Source: Rhizophagus irregularis
Lineage: Eukaryota
Direction of reading: 5' to 3'
NCBI RefSeq assembly: GCF_026210795.1
Contig: NC_089435.1
Span: 930,001-994,000, forward strand
Length of the DNA: 64,000 nucleotides
Shown here: piece after piece, positions 13,462 through 26,348 of the stretch
How positions within the stretch are numbered: position 1 is the first letter of the stretch
How the letters are laid out: every line of letters begins with the position of its first letter
Translations under genes and position numbers: made by a program
The notes under the pieces: generated by a model
What the model saw: the letters and a program-made list of their open reading frames with translations, nothing else
Databases searched by the model: none
What the model was told of the DNA's origin: nothing

Positions 13462-13940
13462 AGACCGATTAGAATCACGATTGTTAAGAAAAATTCTTGG
13501 GAATTTTTCTTGATACTGCTTATTTTAAAGTTTAAAGACCGATTAGCAAACTGAAATCACGATTTCAAGAAAAATTCTCGCGAATTTTTCTTGATACCGC
13601 TTATTTTTAAAGTTTAAATAAATTGAAATCACGATTTTTTAAGAAAAATTCTCGCGAATTTTTCTTGATGCTGCTTATTTTAAAGTTTAAAGACCGATTA
13701 GCAAACTGAAATCACGATTTCAAGAAAAATTCTCGCGAATTTTTCTTGATACCGCTTATTTTTAAAGTTTAAATAAATTGAAATCACGATTTTTTAAGAA
13801 AAATTCTCGCGAATTTTTCTTGATGCTGCTTATTTTAAAGTTTAAAGACCGATTAGCAAACTGAAATCACGATTTTAAGAAAAATTCTCACGAATTTTTC
13901 TTGATACAGACTGATTAGTAAATTGAAATCACGATTTTTA
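13462..13940 (-). repeat. Array of the TCAAGAAAAATT palindromic unit, reverse orientation
   Basis: About six cores; reverse complement of the 16435-17065 and 4490-4860 arrays. Confidence 0.9.
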
Positions 13941-14124
13941 AATATGATTGTCTATATTTGACTAACTTTAATAATGATTGATCATTTTGTTAGAATTGTT
14001 AATTTTAGATACATAGTATGATATTATCGATACTTTTGCAATTGTAACGGATTTTGAAATCTATTATAAAATAGTTTTTTTTAGTTAAATAAATCATTTC
14101 GACTTTTTAGTAACTTTAGATAGT

Positions 14125-14400
14125 ATAGAGTTATATTTGTGATCGAATTTTCTTTGTTAACGGTACACGTTTCTCTAGAGTCATACCATAGATAGTATGA
14201 TAGAGTCATATTTGTGATCGAATTTTCTTTGTTAACGGTACGCGTTTCTCTAGAATCACGATTGTTCACAATTTAGTTACCCTAGATAGTATAGAGTCAT
14301 ATTTGTGATCGAATTTTCTTTGTTAACGGTACGCGTTTCTCTGAGTCACGATTGTTCATAAATAAATGTGATTGAATTTTCTGTTAATGGTACGTGTTTC
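14125..14400. repeat. Three to four copies of agagtcatatttgtgatcgaattttctttgttaacggtacgcgtttctc
   Basis: Read directly; lies upstream of the ATG at 14492. Confidence 0.85.
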
Positions 14401-14491
14401 TCCATCATTCATACATTTTGCATTTATCATTTACGTATTCTTTCTTATTTTTACGTGTTCTCATTCATATTCGTATGTTTACGTCAAAAAA

Positions 14492-16300
14492 ATGAATCAA
14501 CAAGAAGAAATTTCCTTAATCAAAAAACAAAATGAACTTATCTTGAAAAGATTAAAGTATAATAGATTTTTTATAAGAATAAATTTAAATGAATATTATT
14601 ACTAATGAGTTATTTTTTAAAGTTCTTTAGATGATGGTACTTTTGCTGCGTTGTCCACAAATATTCGCAGACCTTCTACGTCATCCACAACCTCCCCCAT
14701 TAACGTGTCATCTTTATCAGCTCGTGAAAATATTCGCAGACCTTCTACATCATCCACAACCTTCCCCGTTGACGTGTCATCTTTATTAGCTCGTGGAAAT
14801 TCTCGCAGACCCTCTACGTCGTCCACAACCTCTCCTGTTGATGTGTCATCTTTATCAGCTCGTGGAAATATTCGCAGACCCTCTACGTCGTCCACAACCT
14901 TCCCCGTTGACGTAAGTTATTAATATAAGTCTAATCATACTTTTTAAAAAAAATTCAATTTTGTAAAAAAACTAAAAAAACTAATAATGTATGATATGTA
15001 TGATTAAAAGACACACAATAAAAGTTTTGTTGCAAAACCAAAAAAAAAATACATATCTAAGTTAGATATGATAAGTACGTTAGATATAACGAATGAAATG
15101 TATACGTTGTGTATGGTACGTATATACATTAAATAATAATTGAATTTTCATACAAACAAGGCTTTTTGTAATAAATTAATAATCAATAAAACTAGTCGTC
15201 AATGAGAATATGTGCAGATTATCATCTTGATTATAATTTGTCATATAAAGACATACACAAAAACATTTTATTTAAAATAATCAAAAAGGTATTTATTTTT
15301 ATTTACTTTAATCAATATGTTTATAGAATAAATATATAATATTTATAGAATAATTTTATAATTATTTTTTTTTAGTTTAAAATAAAAACTAAGGATCTTA
15401 ACATTTCACTTGGATACAATGATTGGTTTGCATACGAGCTATTAAAAAAACACGTTCAGCACGTTCGTAAGTATTTCTTTTTTTATTAATATAATACAAA
15501 TTAAATATGATTTTTTAAAAAATCAAAAAATATAATTTATATTTATATAATCAAAGGCGACCACAAAGCAAAAACAATAAATGGATATTTCACGAAAAGA
15601 ACCTGAAGCAGAGGTGAGGAGAGGCCAGTGGAAAAAAACGTAGAAGAAAGCGGTGGTGATGAAGAAGAGAGAGAAAGTGAAGGTGAAGAAGCAGCAGCAG
15701 AAATTGAAATTCGGGATTACTCCGATTCCGATATAGACGAAGATTTAGAATGTCAACTCTTAAATTTATTTCGTAAAAGATATAAAAAAACAGGCGGAAC
15801 AGATAGTAGTAAGGATGAAGAATTAGAACGCAATCTTATACGTGAAATAAGAAGTAAGTACGAGCGTAAAAAGAGGGAGAGGCAACTATAACAACAAAAA
15901 ATACTACTACAACAACAACAACGAAAACAGCAGCAGGAAGAAAAAGAAAAAGAAGTTGAAGAAAAAGAGAAAGAAATTGAAGAAAAAGAGAAAGAAATAG
16001 AAGAAAAAGAGAAAGAAATAGAAGAAAAAGAGAAAGAAATAGAAGAAAAAGAGAAAGAAATAGAAGAAAAAAAAATGAAACAGCCACAAGTAATAATTTT
16101 TTTGTATATTAATTAATTAATTTAAGTATTAAAAATAACTTATTTTTATCATTTTTTCTTAAGGAGGTGGACGTACCTTACGCAAAAGGACAGTGACGGC
16201 CAATAAGGCCAATAAAAAAGCGAGGGCCAATAAAAAAAGATAATGAAAAAAATAAAAGGTAAATAATATTACGCAAAAGGACAGTGACGGCCAATAAAAA
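14492..16300 (+). pseudogene. Decayed multi-exon orphan gene with 23-aa Ser/Thr repeats, an acidic tract and EKEKEIE coiled-coil repeats
   Basis: ATG at 14492 and several gtaagt/gtattt donors; 69-bp repeats at 14660-14913; exon FKIKTKDLNISLGYNDWFAYELLKKHVQHV near 15377-15467; stops and frameshifts present. The end coordinate is approximate. Confidence 0.5.
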
Positions 16301-16434
16301 AGATAATGAAAAAATAAAAAATAAAAAGTAAATAGTTAAATATGTTTGTAATAAACAACTCATTTTTATAAAAAAAATTATTAATGAACTGAAATAAATA
16401 ATAACAGTAATTTTTATATTTAATTGGCTTTTGA

Positions 16435-17065
16435 ACCTTAAGAAAATTTGCGAGAATTTTTCTTATCGGGATTTCAATTTACTTAAACTTTAAAATGAGA
16501 AGTATCAAGAAAAATTCGTGAGAATTTTTCTTGAAATTGGGATTTTAGTTCGCGAATTTTTCTTGATACTGCTCATTTTAGTTTACTAACCGGTCTTTAA
16601 ACTTTAAAAATAAGCGGTATCAAGAAAAATTTGTGAGAATTTTTCTTGAAATCGTGATTTCAGTTTGCTAATCGGTCTTTAAACTTTAAAATAAGCAGTA
16701 TCAAGAAAAATTCGCGAGAATTTTTCTTAAAAAATCGTGATTTCAATTTATTTAAACTTTAAAAATAAGCGGTATCAAGAAAAATTCGCAAGAATTTTTC
16801 TTGAAATCGTGATTTCAGTTTACTAATCGGTCTTTAAACTTTAAAATAAGCAGCATCAAGAAAAATTCGCGAGAATTTTTCTTAAAAAATCGTAATTTCA
16901 ATTTATTTAAAATTTAAAAATAAGCAGTATCAAGAAAAATTCGCAAGAATTTTTCTTGAAATCGTGATTTTAATTTATTTATTAGTCAGTCTTTTAAACT
17001 TTAAAATAAGCAATATCAAGAAAAATTCGCGAGAATTTTTCTTGAAATCGTGATTTCAATTTATT
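16435..17065 (+). repeat. Array of the TCAAGAAAAATT palindromic unit, forward orientation
   Basis: About eight cores with alternating linkers. Confidence 0.9.
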
Positions 17066-17794
17066 GGTTGGTATCTCTAATAGTCTCCGGATTCTTGTTT
17101 TTTCGTTATTAATTTCTTTTTTTTATATGTGGAGCTCGACTATTTTCAGATTTTAACAATCGAACTATCAATCTAATTGCTCGCGACTTGACTGTTTGGC
17201 ATTATAACGAACAAATTTTATTATTTTGAATAAAATTAAATCTATACCATAATAGATTAATAGATGTTGTAATTCAATTTCGAATATATTATTATATCTT
17301 ACAAAAATTCATATCTACAATATCGGCATAAACCCGGATATATATATATCATGTGATTTAATCGCTTTCATTCATAGATTATGATTGGATAATTATCACA
17401 TGGATGCCGATCATTTGTTTGTTTTTGCATGCACGCGAATGATATAAATTGGGAAAAATACAAACTGTTTCTCTTTTACTCTTTATTCTTTATTTTGCTT
17501 TTTACTTGAAGTATTATCTCAAATATTGCACTTATTTATTTATTTCATTTTTTTATAGAAGAAAATTTTAAACGATACCAAATAAAAGGTTGCCTAATAG
17601 ATATAGAAAGAAATACATTTCACAAAAAGAAAATATTTAACGTTTATGAAGTAATATTTTTTTAAACTTAAATATAATTAATTGTATTATTCTTTATTAC
17701 TAATTTTTTATCTTGTCTTTTTGAACTTTTCTAAAATAGATTTATTTATAATTTAATAAAATAGGTACAGTTACTTTTATTTTCGGTCTTTATT

Positions 17795-18410
17795 GCTATT
17801 AATTGTATCGCTACTAATTGTATCTTTTTTTTTATCATTACTAATTGTATCTTTCTTTCATCGCTACTAATTGTATCTTTCTTTCATCGCTACTAATTGT
17901 ATCTTTCTTTTATCGCTACTAATTTTTTATCATTACTAATTTTCTTCTTTTTATCACTATTAATTTTTCTTCTTTTTATCACTACTAATTATATCTTTCT
18001 TTCATTGCTACTAATTTTTCTTCTTTTTTACCACTACTAATTGTATCTTTCTTCTATTGTTACTAATTATATCTTTTTTTTATCACTACTAATTTTTCTT
18101 CTATCGCTACTAATTGTATCTTCTTTTTATCACTAATAATTTTTCTTCTTTTTATTACTACTAAATGTATCTTTCTTCTATTGTTACTAATTATATCTTT
18201 TTTTTATCACTACTAATTTTTCTTCTATCGCTATTAATTGTATCTTCTTTTTATCACTAATAATTTTTCTTCCTTTTATTACTACTAATTGTATCTTTCT
18301 TTCATCGTTATTAATTGTATCTTTTTTTTTTATTACTGCTAATTTTTCTTCTTTTTATCACTACTAATTGTATCTCTTTTTATCACTTCTTCTTTTATAA
18401 CTACTAATTC
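17795..18410. repeat. Degenerate ~25-30 bp minisatellite (ctactaattgtatctttctttcatcg)
   Basis: Read directly from the sequence. Confidence 0.85.
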
Positions 18411-18634
18411 TTTCTTTTTTTTATTTTCTCTATATTTAATTATAATAATTTTATTACTATAATAGAAGTATTCTTTTATTAGATTTTAATTACACAAATT
18501 ATTAATTGCATATCAATTTAAATAATAAATTATCTGTTATATTTATTTATACATTATATTATTAATAAAATAAAAACATTCTATGTAAATACGTGTACTA
18601 ATGGTATATTTTTAATATGTAAACATACGGATTG

Positions 18635-19127
18635 CTGGGATATCATGCTGTTCGCAAATTAATCAAAGTAGGAAATGTACGGTTCACACTGGGATATCGT
18701 GCTGTTCGCAAATTAATCAAAGTAGGAAACGTACGGTTCATACTGGGATATCGTGCTGTTCGCAAATTAATCAAAGTGGGAAACGTACGGTGCACACCGG
18801 GATATCGTGCTGTTCACAAATTAATCAAAGTGGGAAACGTACGGTGCACACTGGGATATTGTGCTGTTCGCAAATTAATCAAAGTGGGAAACGTACGGTG
18901 CACACCGGGATATCATGCTGTTCGCAAATTAATCAACAGTGGGAAATGTACGGTTCACACCGGGATATCGTGCTGTTCGCAAATTAATCAACAGTGGGAA
19001 ACGTACGGTTTACACTGGGATATCGTGCTGTTCGCAAATTAATCAACAGTGGGAAACGTACGGTTCACACTGGGATATCGTGCTGTTTGCAAATTAATCA
19101 ACAGTGGGGAACGTACGGTTCACACTG
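18635..19127. repeat. 54/55-bp tandem repeat, about nine copies, probably subterminal to the TIR ending at 19325
   Basis: Unit ctgggatatcgtgctgttcgcaaattaatcaa(c)agtgggaaacgtacggttcaca; later copies carry a 1-bp insertion. Confidence 0.9.
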
Positions 19128-19312
19128 CCATATCATTCTTTATGTCAGTATAATTTTCACGTTAAACATATGTGCATTAATACAATATGTATGATACGGT
19201 GTGCAGAATACCGAATATATACCGTATGTGTAATACGATAATAATACATTATTCATACTGTAAAGATACTGATCGCAAAATACGGTTATACCGTATGATA
19301 ACAGTATGTATA

Positions 19313-19325
19313 TTTTTTTATAGGG
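19313..19325. mobile_element. Unpaired right TIR (tttttttataggg) of the CCCTATAAAAA family
   Basis: Same terminus as the 3-bp-TSD MITEs; abuts a hairpin MITE remnant at 19326-19470. Confidence 0.55.
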
Positions 19326-20189
19326 TAGAAAAGGGGGAAATTCAAAAATTTTAAGATTTTTGGTTATTAAGCTAATTTTGTTCCCATGACCATGATTGGC
19401 AAAGTAAACTGATAAAAAAAATTTTGACCAAAATTTGGATTTTCTCCTTTTCTACTGACCACCTCCCATATTATGAATCAGGTCATGGGTAGTATTAAGT
19501 AGATGGATGATGATGTTTTTAAACAATCTAAGAAGTCAATGTCATCAGAAGGAAAAAAGGTCAGAAGGATATTATGTTATCCAATAAAATAGTAACATTT
19601 TGTGCTTTGCAATGCATGCTATCATGCTATCATTGGCTTGTTATACGTTTCTTCACAAAATCTTAAATGGGAATTGATGTTTTTCCTTTTTTATTGCATA
19701 GTGGACATTAAGGCTTGTTAGTCAAGAATTCACTGAAAATGTGAGCTTTCGTGATGTTTTTACATCATTTCCTGATGTCCCGTCAATGTTATCCCATAGT
19801 GAAGTCATTAATACTACAGTACATTTTAGGTTAATATTAATAGGAGATAAACCACATCCTTGTTTAGTTAAGTTATCCTCTTTAATAAAAGTTAACGTGA
19901 TTCATTTTTGATTGACTGAACACCATAGTTGATCTTTAGTCATTTGCGCTTGGAAGTTCATTACTAATATTGCTATAAGTAGAAATGCTGTAAAATAGTC
20001 ACGTATCTCATCAGGAAATTTTATAGCGCGAAAAATTGCGTAAGTTTACGATTTTGTAAGTTTACGAAAGTTTATGGCATAATATTTCGAAAAATTTCAA
20101 AATATTACGTAAGTTTACAATTTCGTAAGATTTATGTGATATTACGGTTGAAATATTACGTAAATTTTCAATATCGTAAGATTTACGCA

Positions 20190-20633
20190 ATATTACGGTC
20201 AAAATATTCTGCAAATTTACGAAACTGTAAACCTGCGTAATATTACGGTTAAAATATTTCGAAAATTTATGAAACTGTAAACCTGCGTAATATTACGGTT
20301 GAAATATTTCGAAAATTTATGAAACTGTAAACCTGCGTAATATTACGGTTGAAATATTTCGAAAATTTACGAAACTGTAAACCTGCGTAATATTACGGTT
20401 AAAATATTTCGAAAATTTACGAAACTGTAAACCTGCGTAATATTACAGTTGAAATATTTCGAAAATTTACGAAACTGTAAACCTGCGTAATATTACAGTT
20501 GAAATATTTCGAAAATTTACGAAACTGTAAACCTGCGTAATATTACAGTTAAAATATTTCAAAAATTTACGAAACTGTAAACCTGCGTAATATTACGGTT
20601 GAAATATTTCGAAAATTTACGAGATTGTAAACT
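20190..20633. repeat. 50-bp subterminal tandem repeat, about nine copies
   Basis: Unit tattacggttgaaatatttcgaaaatttacgaaactgtaaacctgcgtaa. Confidence 0.95.
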
Positions 20634-20993
20634 GCATATGATACAAGGAGCATGTGATACTATTGAATAATCAAAAATAATATAAACACCTTTTCTTTTA
20701 TATAAACACCTTTTTTTTTAAGTTTGGGAAAGCAAATTTATTTTTATTTACGAATTTTTTATTATTTACAATTTTTATGTTAAAAATTAAAGTAAATTCT
20801 AATTTTTATTATAACTTAATAAAAAAAATACACATTTGATACTTGTTCGCTACTATTTTATAAAATAGTACCCAGGCTGTATGGCGTGGACGTCAGTATC
20901 AGTCACAGCCCAAAAAACGTGAGTCTCCAGCCGATATTTGGTACGGACTGGGCCTAGCTACTCACTTAATAAATAATAAAAAAATAAAAATAA

Positions 20994-21618
20994 TTATCTT
21001 CTTCTACGATACGTAGGTAAGTTTCTCCTTGCCCTACGATCGTCACGCGTGACTAAAATTGATCAAATTTATCAAATTTAAAACATGAACGTAAATATTA
21101 ATTATAAATTTTATTATAGTATAATTACCCGGCCTCTCCCAAAATCTCGTTCTAAATTCGCAATAATATCTTGCGCTGGTACGCATCCACAGCCGCCGCC
21201 CAGGGTTACCATTACGATAAAGGACATAGTTCTAAATATCAAAATCAGTTTGAATATTCGGTAAATACATTTAATTTATATGAATGTAATGTTATTTATT
21301 TACTTACATGGTAATCCCTGACGAGGTTCCTCCACTTTTGGCTGCACTGTTGCCCGGAAACCCTCGTTCGAAATATTCTATTTATTCTGATTCAATTAAA
21401 TGGATTGGTTAATTTGAATTTAAATTCTTTCTTAAAGAAATTATAGATATTAGTCATATGAACCTATTGGCAACAGAGTCCCAAAAATCTTGGCGGCTTC
21501 TACCATTAATATTGTGGTAGGCGCGGTTTCTGTCTCGGCGTATGTCAACAAGTTCGTCCATCATAGCCCAGTTCCAATGGACGTTATAGTGGGAACGACG
21601 ACGTGTGTGGCGAGGCAT
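20994..21618 (-). CDS. Four-exon Myb/SANT-like (trihelix-type) DNA-binding protein, ~131 aa
   Basis: Exons 21618-21464, 21386-21308, 21231-21129 and 21052-20994, all GT-AG and in phase. Translation: MPRHTRRRSHYNVHWNWAMMDELVDIRRDRNRAYHNINGRSRQDFWDSVANRINRIFRTRVSGQQCSQKWRNLVRDYH...YYCEFRTRFWERP. The W...FW..VA...QC..KW.NL...Y spacing matches Myb/SANT-like domains. Confidence 0.85.
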
Positions 21619-23823
21619 TATTAGTAATTTGATTTTGGGATGAGTAAAAATTTGAAAGAAAGTCGTAAAATGTCACTTTAAATAAAATTTGAACAATACC
21701 TCTTTGGTTTGATTTTATTTCTCGTTTCAATTAAAATTTAATTTATTAGACTTTTCATCATTAAACATATTAATTAAATCTCATGCGGATATGGATTATC
21801 TAAATATAAATATCATGATTCTAAATATAAATATAAATCACTTAATTTATTTTAATTTTTTTTAAAAAAAAATCTTAGTTTGATTTCAATTAAAAATAAT
21901 TAAAAATCATGTACATGTTTTGGTTATTTAAATATAAATATCAATATATTATATTTAAAAATAAACCAATTTATTATTAGCACATTCTATTGAATTTTAA
22001 AAAAATCAATTTTTTTTTTAAAAAAAAATCACATATTTAAAAATAAAACAATTATATTCTGATTAAATATTTTGCGTACATTTCTTAAAAAAATCATAAA
22101 AAAAAATCTTGTACGTCGTACATGCAATTACTAAATATCATCCCCTTGTGATAAATAAAAAATTACGCAACACAAATTCAACACAAACTCAACACAAATT
22201 TAACAAATTTAACGAAATTTGGCTAAAATTAATAATTTTTTACCAGAATTATCAACACAAATTGAACACAAATTGAACACAAATTTCAGTCACGATTTAT
22301 TTATGTCACACCCGCTATACGATGTACATGATTTCTGGCCAATCAAAATTAGGCTGATCCTTGCATGTGATTTAATCATTTAATCATTTAATCATGCACG
22401 CGTTTTTGTCTTATTTATTTTTGTTTCTTATTTCTTTATTCTTTTGTTCAATATTTTTAATTTTTTTGTCTCTTCTTTCTATTATTTCTTTAATTATATA
22501 CAATATATTTACATATATTTCATAATTTATTGCTTTGCAGGTATAGAAATATTTGTTTATTAATACTAATTATTTTCATTTTTTTTTACCTCTTTGTTAT
22601 TTTGTATCGTAATACTAACAATAATATCCATGTTTCCTTTATTCCTTTTTACTTGTACTTTAATACTAACGATACTAACAATACTAACAACATGTTTATT
22701 TTTTCCTTTCTCTTTATTTCTTTATTCTTTTGTTCAATTACTTTGCAGGTATAGAAATATTTATTTATTAATACTAATTATTTTAATATTAACGCGTTTT
22801 TTTTTACCTCTTTGTTACTTTATGTCGTAATACTAACAATACTATCTACGTTTCCTTTATTTCTTTTTACTTGTACTTTAATACTAACGATAATATCCAT
22901 GTTTCTTTTACTCCTTTTACTGTTTCTTTAACTCTTTTTACCTTAATACTAACAATAATAACAATATTTCTTTTATCTTTATATCTAATACTAACGTTAC
23001 TATAGCTGTTTCTTTTCTTTTTACGTCTAATAATATTGTTACTCTACTCTTTCTTTTTTTACTTTTATGTATTCTGTATATATTAATAAATACTTGTAAT
23101 TTTTTATGATTATATCTAATAAAACATACATTATATAAACTTATAGTACAGAAAATGAAGTATTATTTATCGAAATATTTTGAAATATTACAAAATATTA
23201 AGTTGTGTAAAATCACAGAATATTACGAATCGTCAAATTATGGAACATTACGCATCATAAAATTTCGAAATATTTTAAAAAGTTGCGAAGTATTACGCAG
23301 TAAAATTACGGAATATTACGAATCGTAAAATTACGAAGCCTTGCATACAGTAATATTTCGAAATATTTTAAAAAGTTACAAAATATTACGCTTACGCAAA
23401 CTTGCGGCGGGTCTGAAAACTTACGAAATATTATGTAAAATTACGAAATATTGCGAACTGCAAAATTACGGAATATTACAAATCGTAAAATTACGAAGCT
23501 TTGCATATCGTAATATTTCGAAATATTTTAAAAAGTTACAAAATATTACGCTTACGCAAACTTGCGGCGGGTCTGGAAGCTTACGAAATATTATGATGTG
23601 TAAACTTGCGCAACTTTTTGCACTATATAATTTCCTGATGCTGTCATTAGGACAGCATAGCTATCGCTAGGGCCTTAAGTTTTGTCAATAATGGGTTAAA
23701 TGTTATATTTCCTGAGGGAAATTGTACATTAATAATAAAGATTGGCATAAAAGAAATGTAAAAATAGATCGTGACACATGATAATATTTCATTGTCATGC
23801 GGCACTAATTATTAAAATATATA

Positions 23824-23928
23824 CCCTATAAAAAATTTTTCAGAAAAATGGCACGTGTATCAGTATATGAGTTTCTTCGTAATAAAAACTAGAAAAATGG
23901 AGTTTTTCCCAGAATTTCTTTTATAGAG
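23824..23928. mobile_element. 105-bp CCCTATAAAA-family MITE with 3-bp TSD (ATA)
   Basis: ata|ccctataaaa...ttttatagag|ata, with one mismatch in the right TIR. Confidence 0.65.
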
Positions 23929-24861
23929 ATATAAAAAATATCTGTTATATATTAAATGTTATAAGTGATATTATTTTCTATTAACATGTTTCCATAAATT
24001 TCCACATTTCTTTTTCAATAGTTCCATACTAAATAAATAAAATATTAATACTAATAATAATGAACAATAATAATAAATGAAAGTTGAATTTGTAATTTTG
24101 ATCTAGAAATTTAAAGATCGCATAAAAAACTACAATTATCATTCATCACTAAATTACAATCAACCTCTTATCTACAATATAGGTCATTCTCAATTATCTC
24201 TTTCAATTTGATCATATAGTGACATCAGGAGAATAAAATAAGTGTAGATTTACAAAATTATACATACGTGAAAAACCACGCAAATCTACACCACTCGCGA
24301 TGATATACGAGTGTGAAAAAGTTAGAGAAATTTTCAATAGTATATAATAACGTATTTTTAAAAATGACGTAATTTTTCAATAATAAAAAATGACGTAATT
24401 ATTTCAATAGTATAAAATTGTGTAATAATTTTAATAAAAAAAATAATATGTATATATTTGACAATTAAAAATAGCGTAATTATTCAACAATAAAAAAATA
24501 GTGTAATTATTTTAATGGTATAAAATCATGTAATTTATTTTAATAATAAAACCGTGTAAATTCATTTTAATAATAATAATCTTGTATTTATTTTTAACAA
24601 TGTATTAGCATATTTCTAATAGTAAATAATAATGTATCTAATTTAATAATATTATTTTGTTGTATTGTAAAAATTCGTATATAATCAATCTATAATAAAA
24701 ACACATAATTAATTATTCGTTTAAAATAGAGCTAAAATAAATAATGCTCACCATTTAATAATAACGTGTTAATAAATAAGTTGTTCTAATAAAATAAAAA
24801 TGAATAATATGATAATAAACGACAATAAAAGCAAAAAAAAAAGAAATAATTTTTACCACTA

Positions 24862-26348
24862 TTAGTCAAAGAGATTTCCGTCATCAGTTTCTTCTTCGGA
24901 ATCATGATCTTCAATACTTTCATTATCTTTCATCTTTGATTCTTCCTTTTGAATATGCATAATATTGCTTTCTTCTGGAATCTTGTTATCGTTTAAAAGT
25001 GACTATTAAAAATCACAAGTTAACACTTATTTTATCATAAACACAATTACAAATTGATAATACTTACCAAGAAAACTACATATCTTTTTTTAACTGACTC
25101 TTCACTACATTTAATTTCGTCAGTATGTGGGTTTAAAACCACACAGCATACTGCAAGAGTAAAAGAAATTAACGAAGGTGCTAAACAACTTTTTTTTGAT
25201 TCTTTTGGCATGGCCTTCGTGATTATTTTATTGATGTTAACTAAACTGCTATCATCTGAATCCCATATGTTTGAATATGCTTCAATTACACAAGGTGAAT
25301 TCTTCCACTCTCCTATTTTTGAACCTGCGTTTGATTTAATTTCTGGGATCTTCAAAACCTTAAATAATGCAGATTTTATTTCTTTTGACAATGAGCCTCG
25401 ACGGTGTCGCATTTTTTCAAGACACTAATATAATAAATTAAAAATAAAAAAATTGTGTTATCAAAAAAAAATAATATCACACTTACCATTGGCATAAATT
25501 GAGAATAAAATCAAGAATCCCAATTGTGTTTTCCTATGTCATTAATGTATCCATTTGATCTTTTTTCAACATATTCTTCAAGGCGTTCCTTAAACAACTC
25601 CTGTGTGGGATATAATGATGTTTTTTGGATTTCTTTTGTAATCGCAACAATCCCTTTCTATTAAAGTAATATTATGAAAAAAAAAGTATTTAGTAACTTA
25701 ATAATATCAATTAAATCTTCAAAATATGATACTTACTTCAAAAAAAGCAGGTGTTAAAGCATCTTCACGACGCATTTTTCTGAGCATCTGATTCATTTCA
25801 TTAAGCTTTTTTTCTTGTTTTATTTGGTTTCTCCAAATAACCTTATTCTGACTGTTCAACTTTTCCAAAAACTCCGTGGGAACCATATAATAATCAGTAT
25901 TATTATCCTCTAATTTATGTAAAGTGTAAATACAGTATATAGTAGTGAGAATATACAATCAGATACGTACTACTAGCTCTTTTAGTTTTTCGTGTAGTAT
26001 CAATAATATCCAAGTCATGCCCATGTTTCTTTGAAGTATCTGGCGAGTTATCCATATTTTCATCATCTTGACTTTCATCTCCTTGAGTTTCAGTTTCTTT
26101 ATCCCAACTTTCATCTTCATGGATCTCAATTTCTTTCTCCCGACTTTTACCTTTTTTATTTTGTTAGCAATATTATAATGTAAAATACTTTCTAATTACT
26201 AATTTTATTATATTATTATCATATTCATTAATAGAGTTTTAGTTATACCTTCATTATTTTTTCTTGCTTTAGTTAAGGCACGTGTTTGAATTGGTACCTT
26301 TCTTGATGATGGTCTACTACTACTTTTAGATTTTATGGTTTCTGACAT
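24862..26348 (-). pseudogene. Six-exon accessory gene of the Plavaka element, one in-frame TGA (25511-25513)
   Basis: MSETIKSKSSRPSSRKVPIQTR..., coiled-coil exon (ORF 25719), SLYPTQELFKERLEEY exon, ORF 25047 exon and acidic last exon; canonical splice sites. Confidence 0.75.

Larger units (their letters stand above)
20009..23640. mobile_element. 3.6-kb non-autonomous CATCAGG-ended element with ~40-bp imperfect TIRs and 2-bp TSD (CT)
   Basis: Left catcaggaaattttatagcgcgaaaaattgcgtaagtttac; right gtaaacttgcgcaactttttgcactatataatttcctgatg; ct at 20007-20008 and 23641-23642; subterminal repeats at both ends. Confidence 0.9.

Noticed and set aside
18632..19194. CRISPR-like array or repeat-protein ORFs
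   Set aside because: Units are contiguous with no unique spacers, there are no cas genes and the context is eukaryotic; the ORFs arise in several frames from the 54/55-bp repeat.
19543..19777. Third CATCAG...CTGATG element
   Set aside because: Very short terminal match and the flanks (gt / tc) do not form a TSD.
22530..23670. ORFs 22530, 22594 and 23341
   Set aside because: They derive from low-complexity and subterminal repeats of the CATCAGG element.
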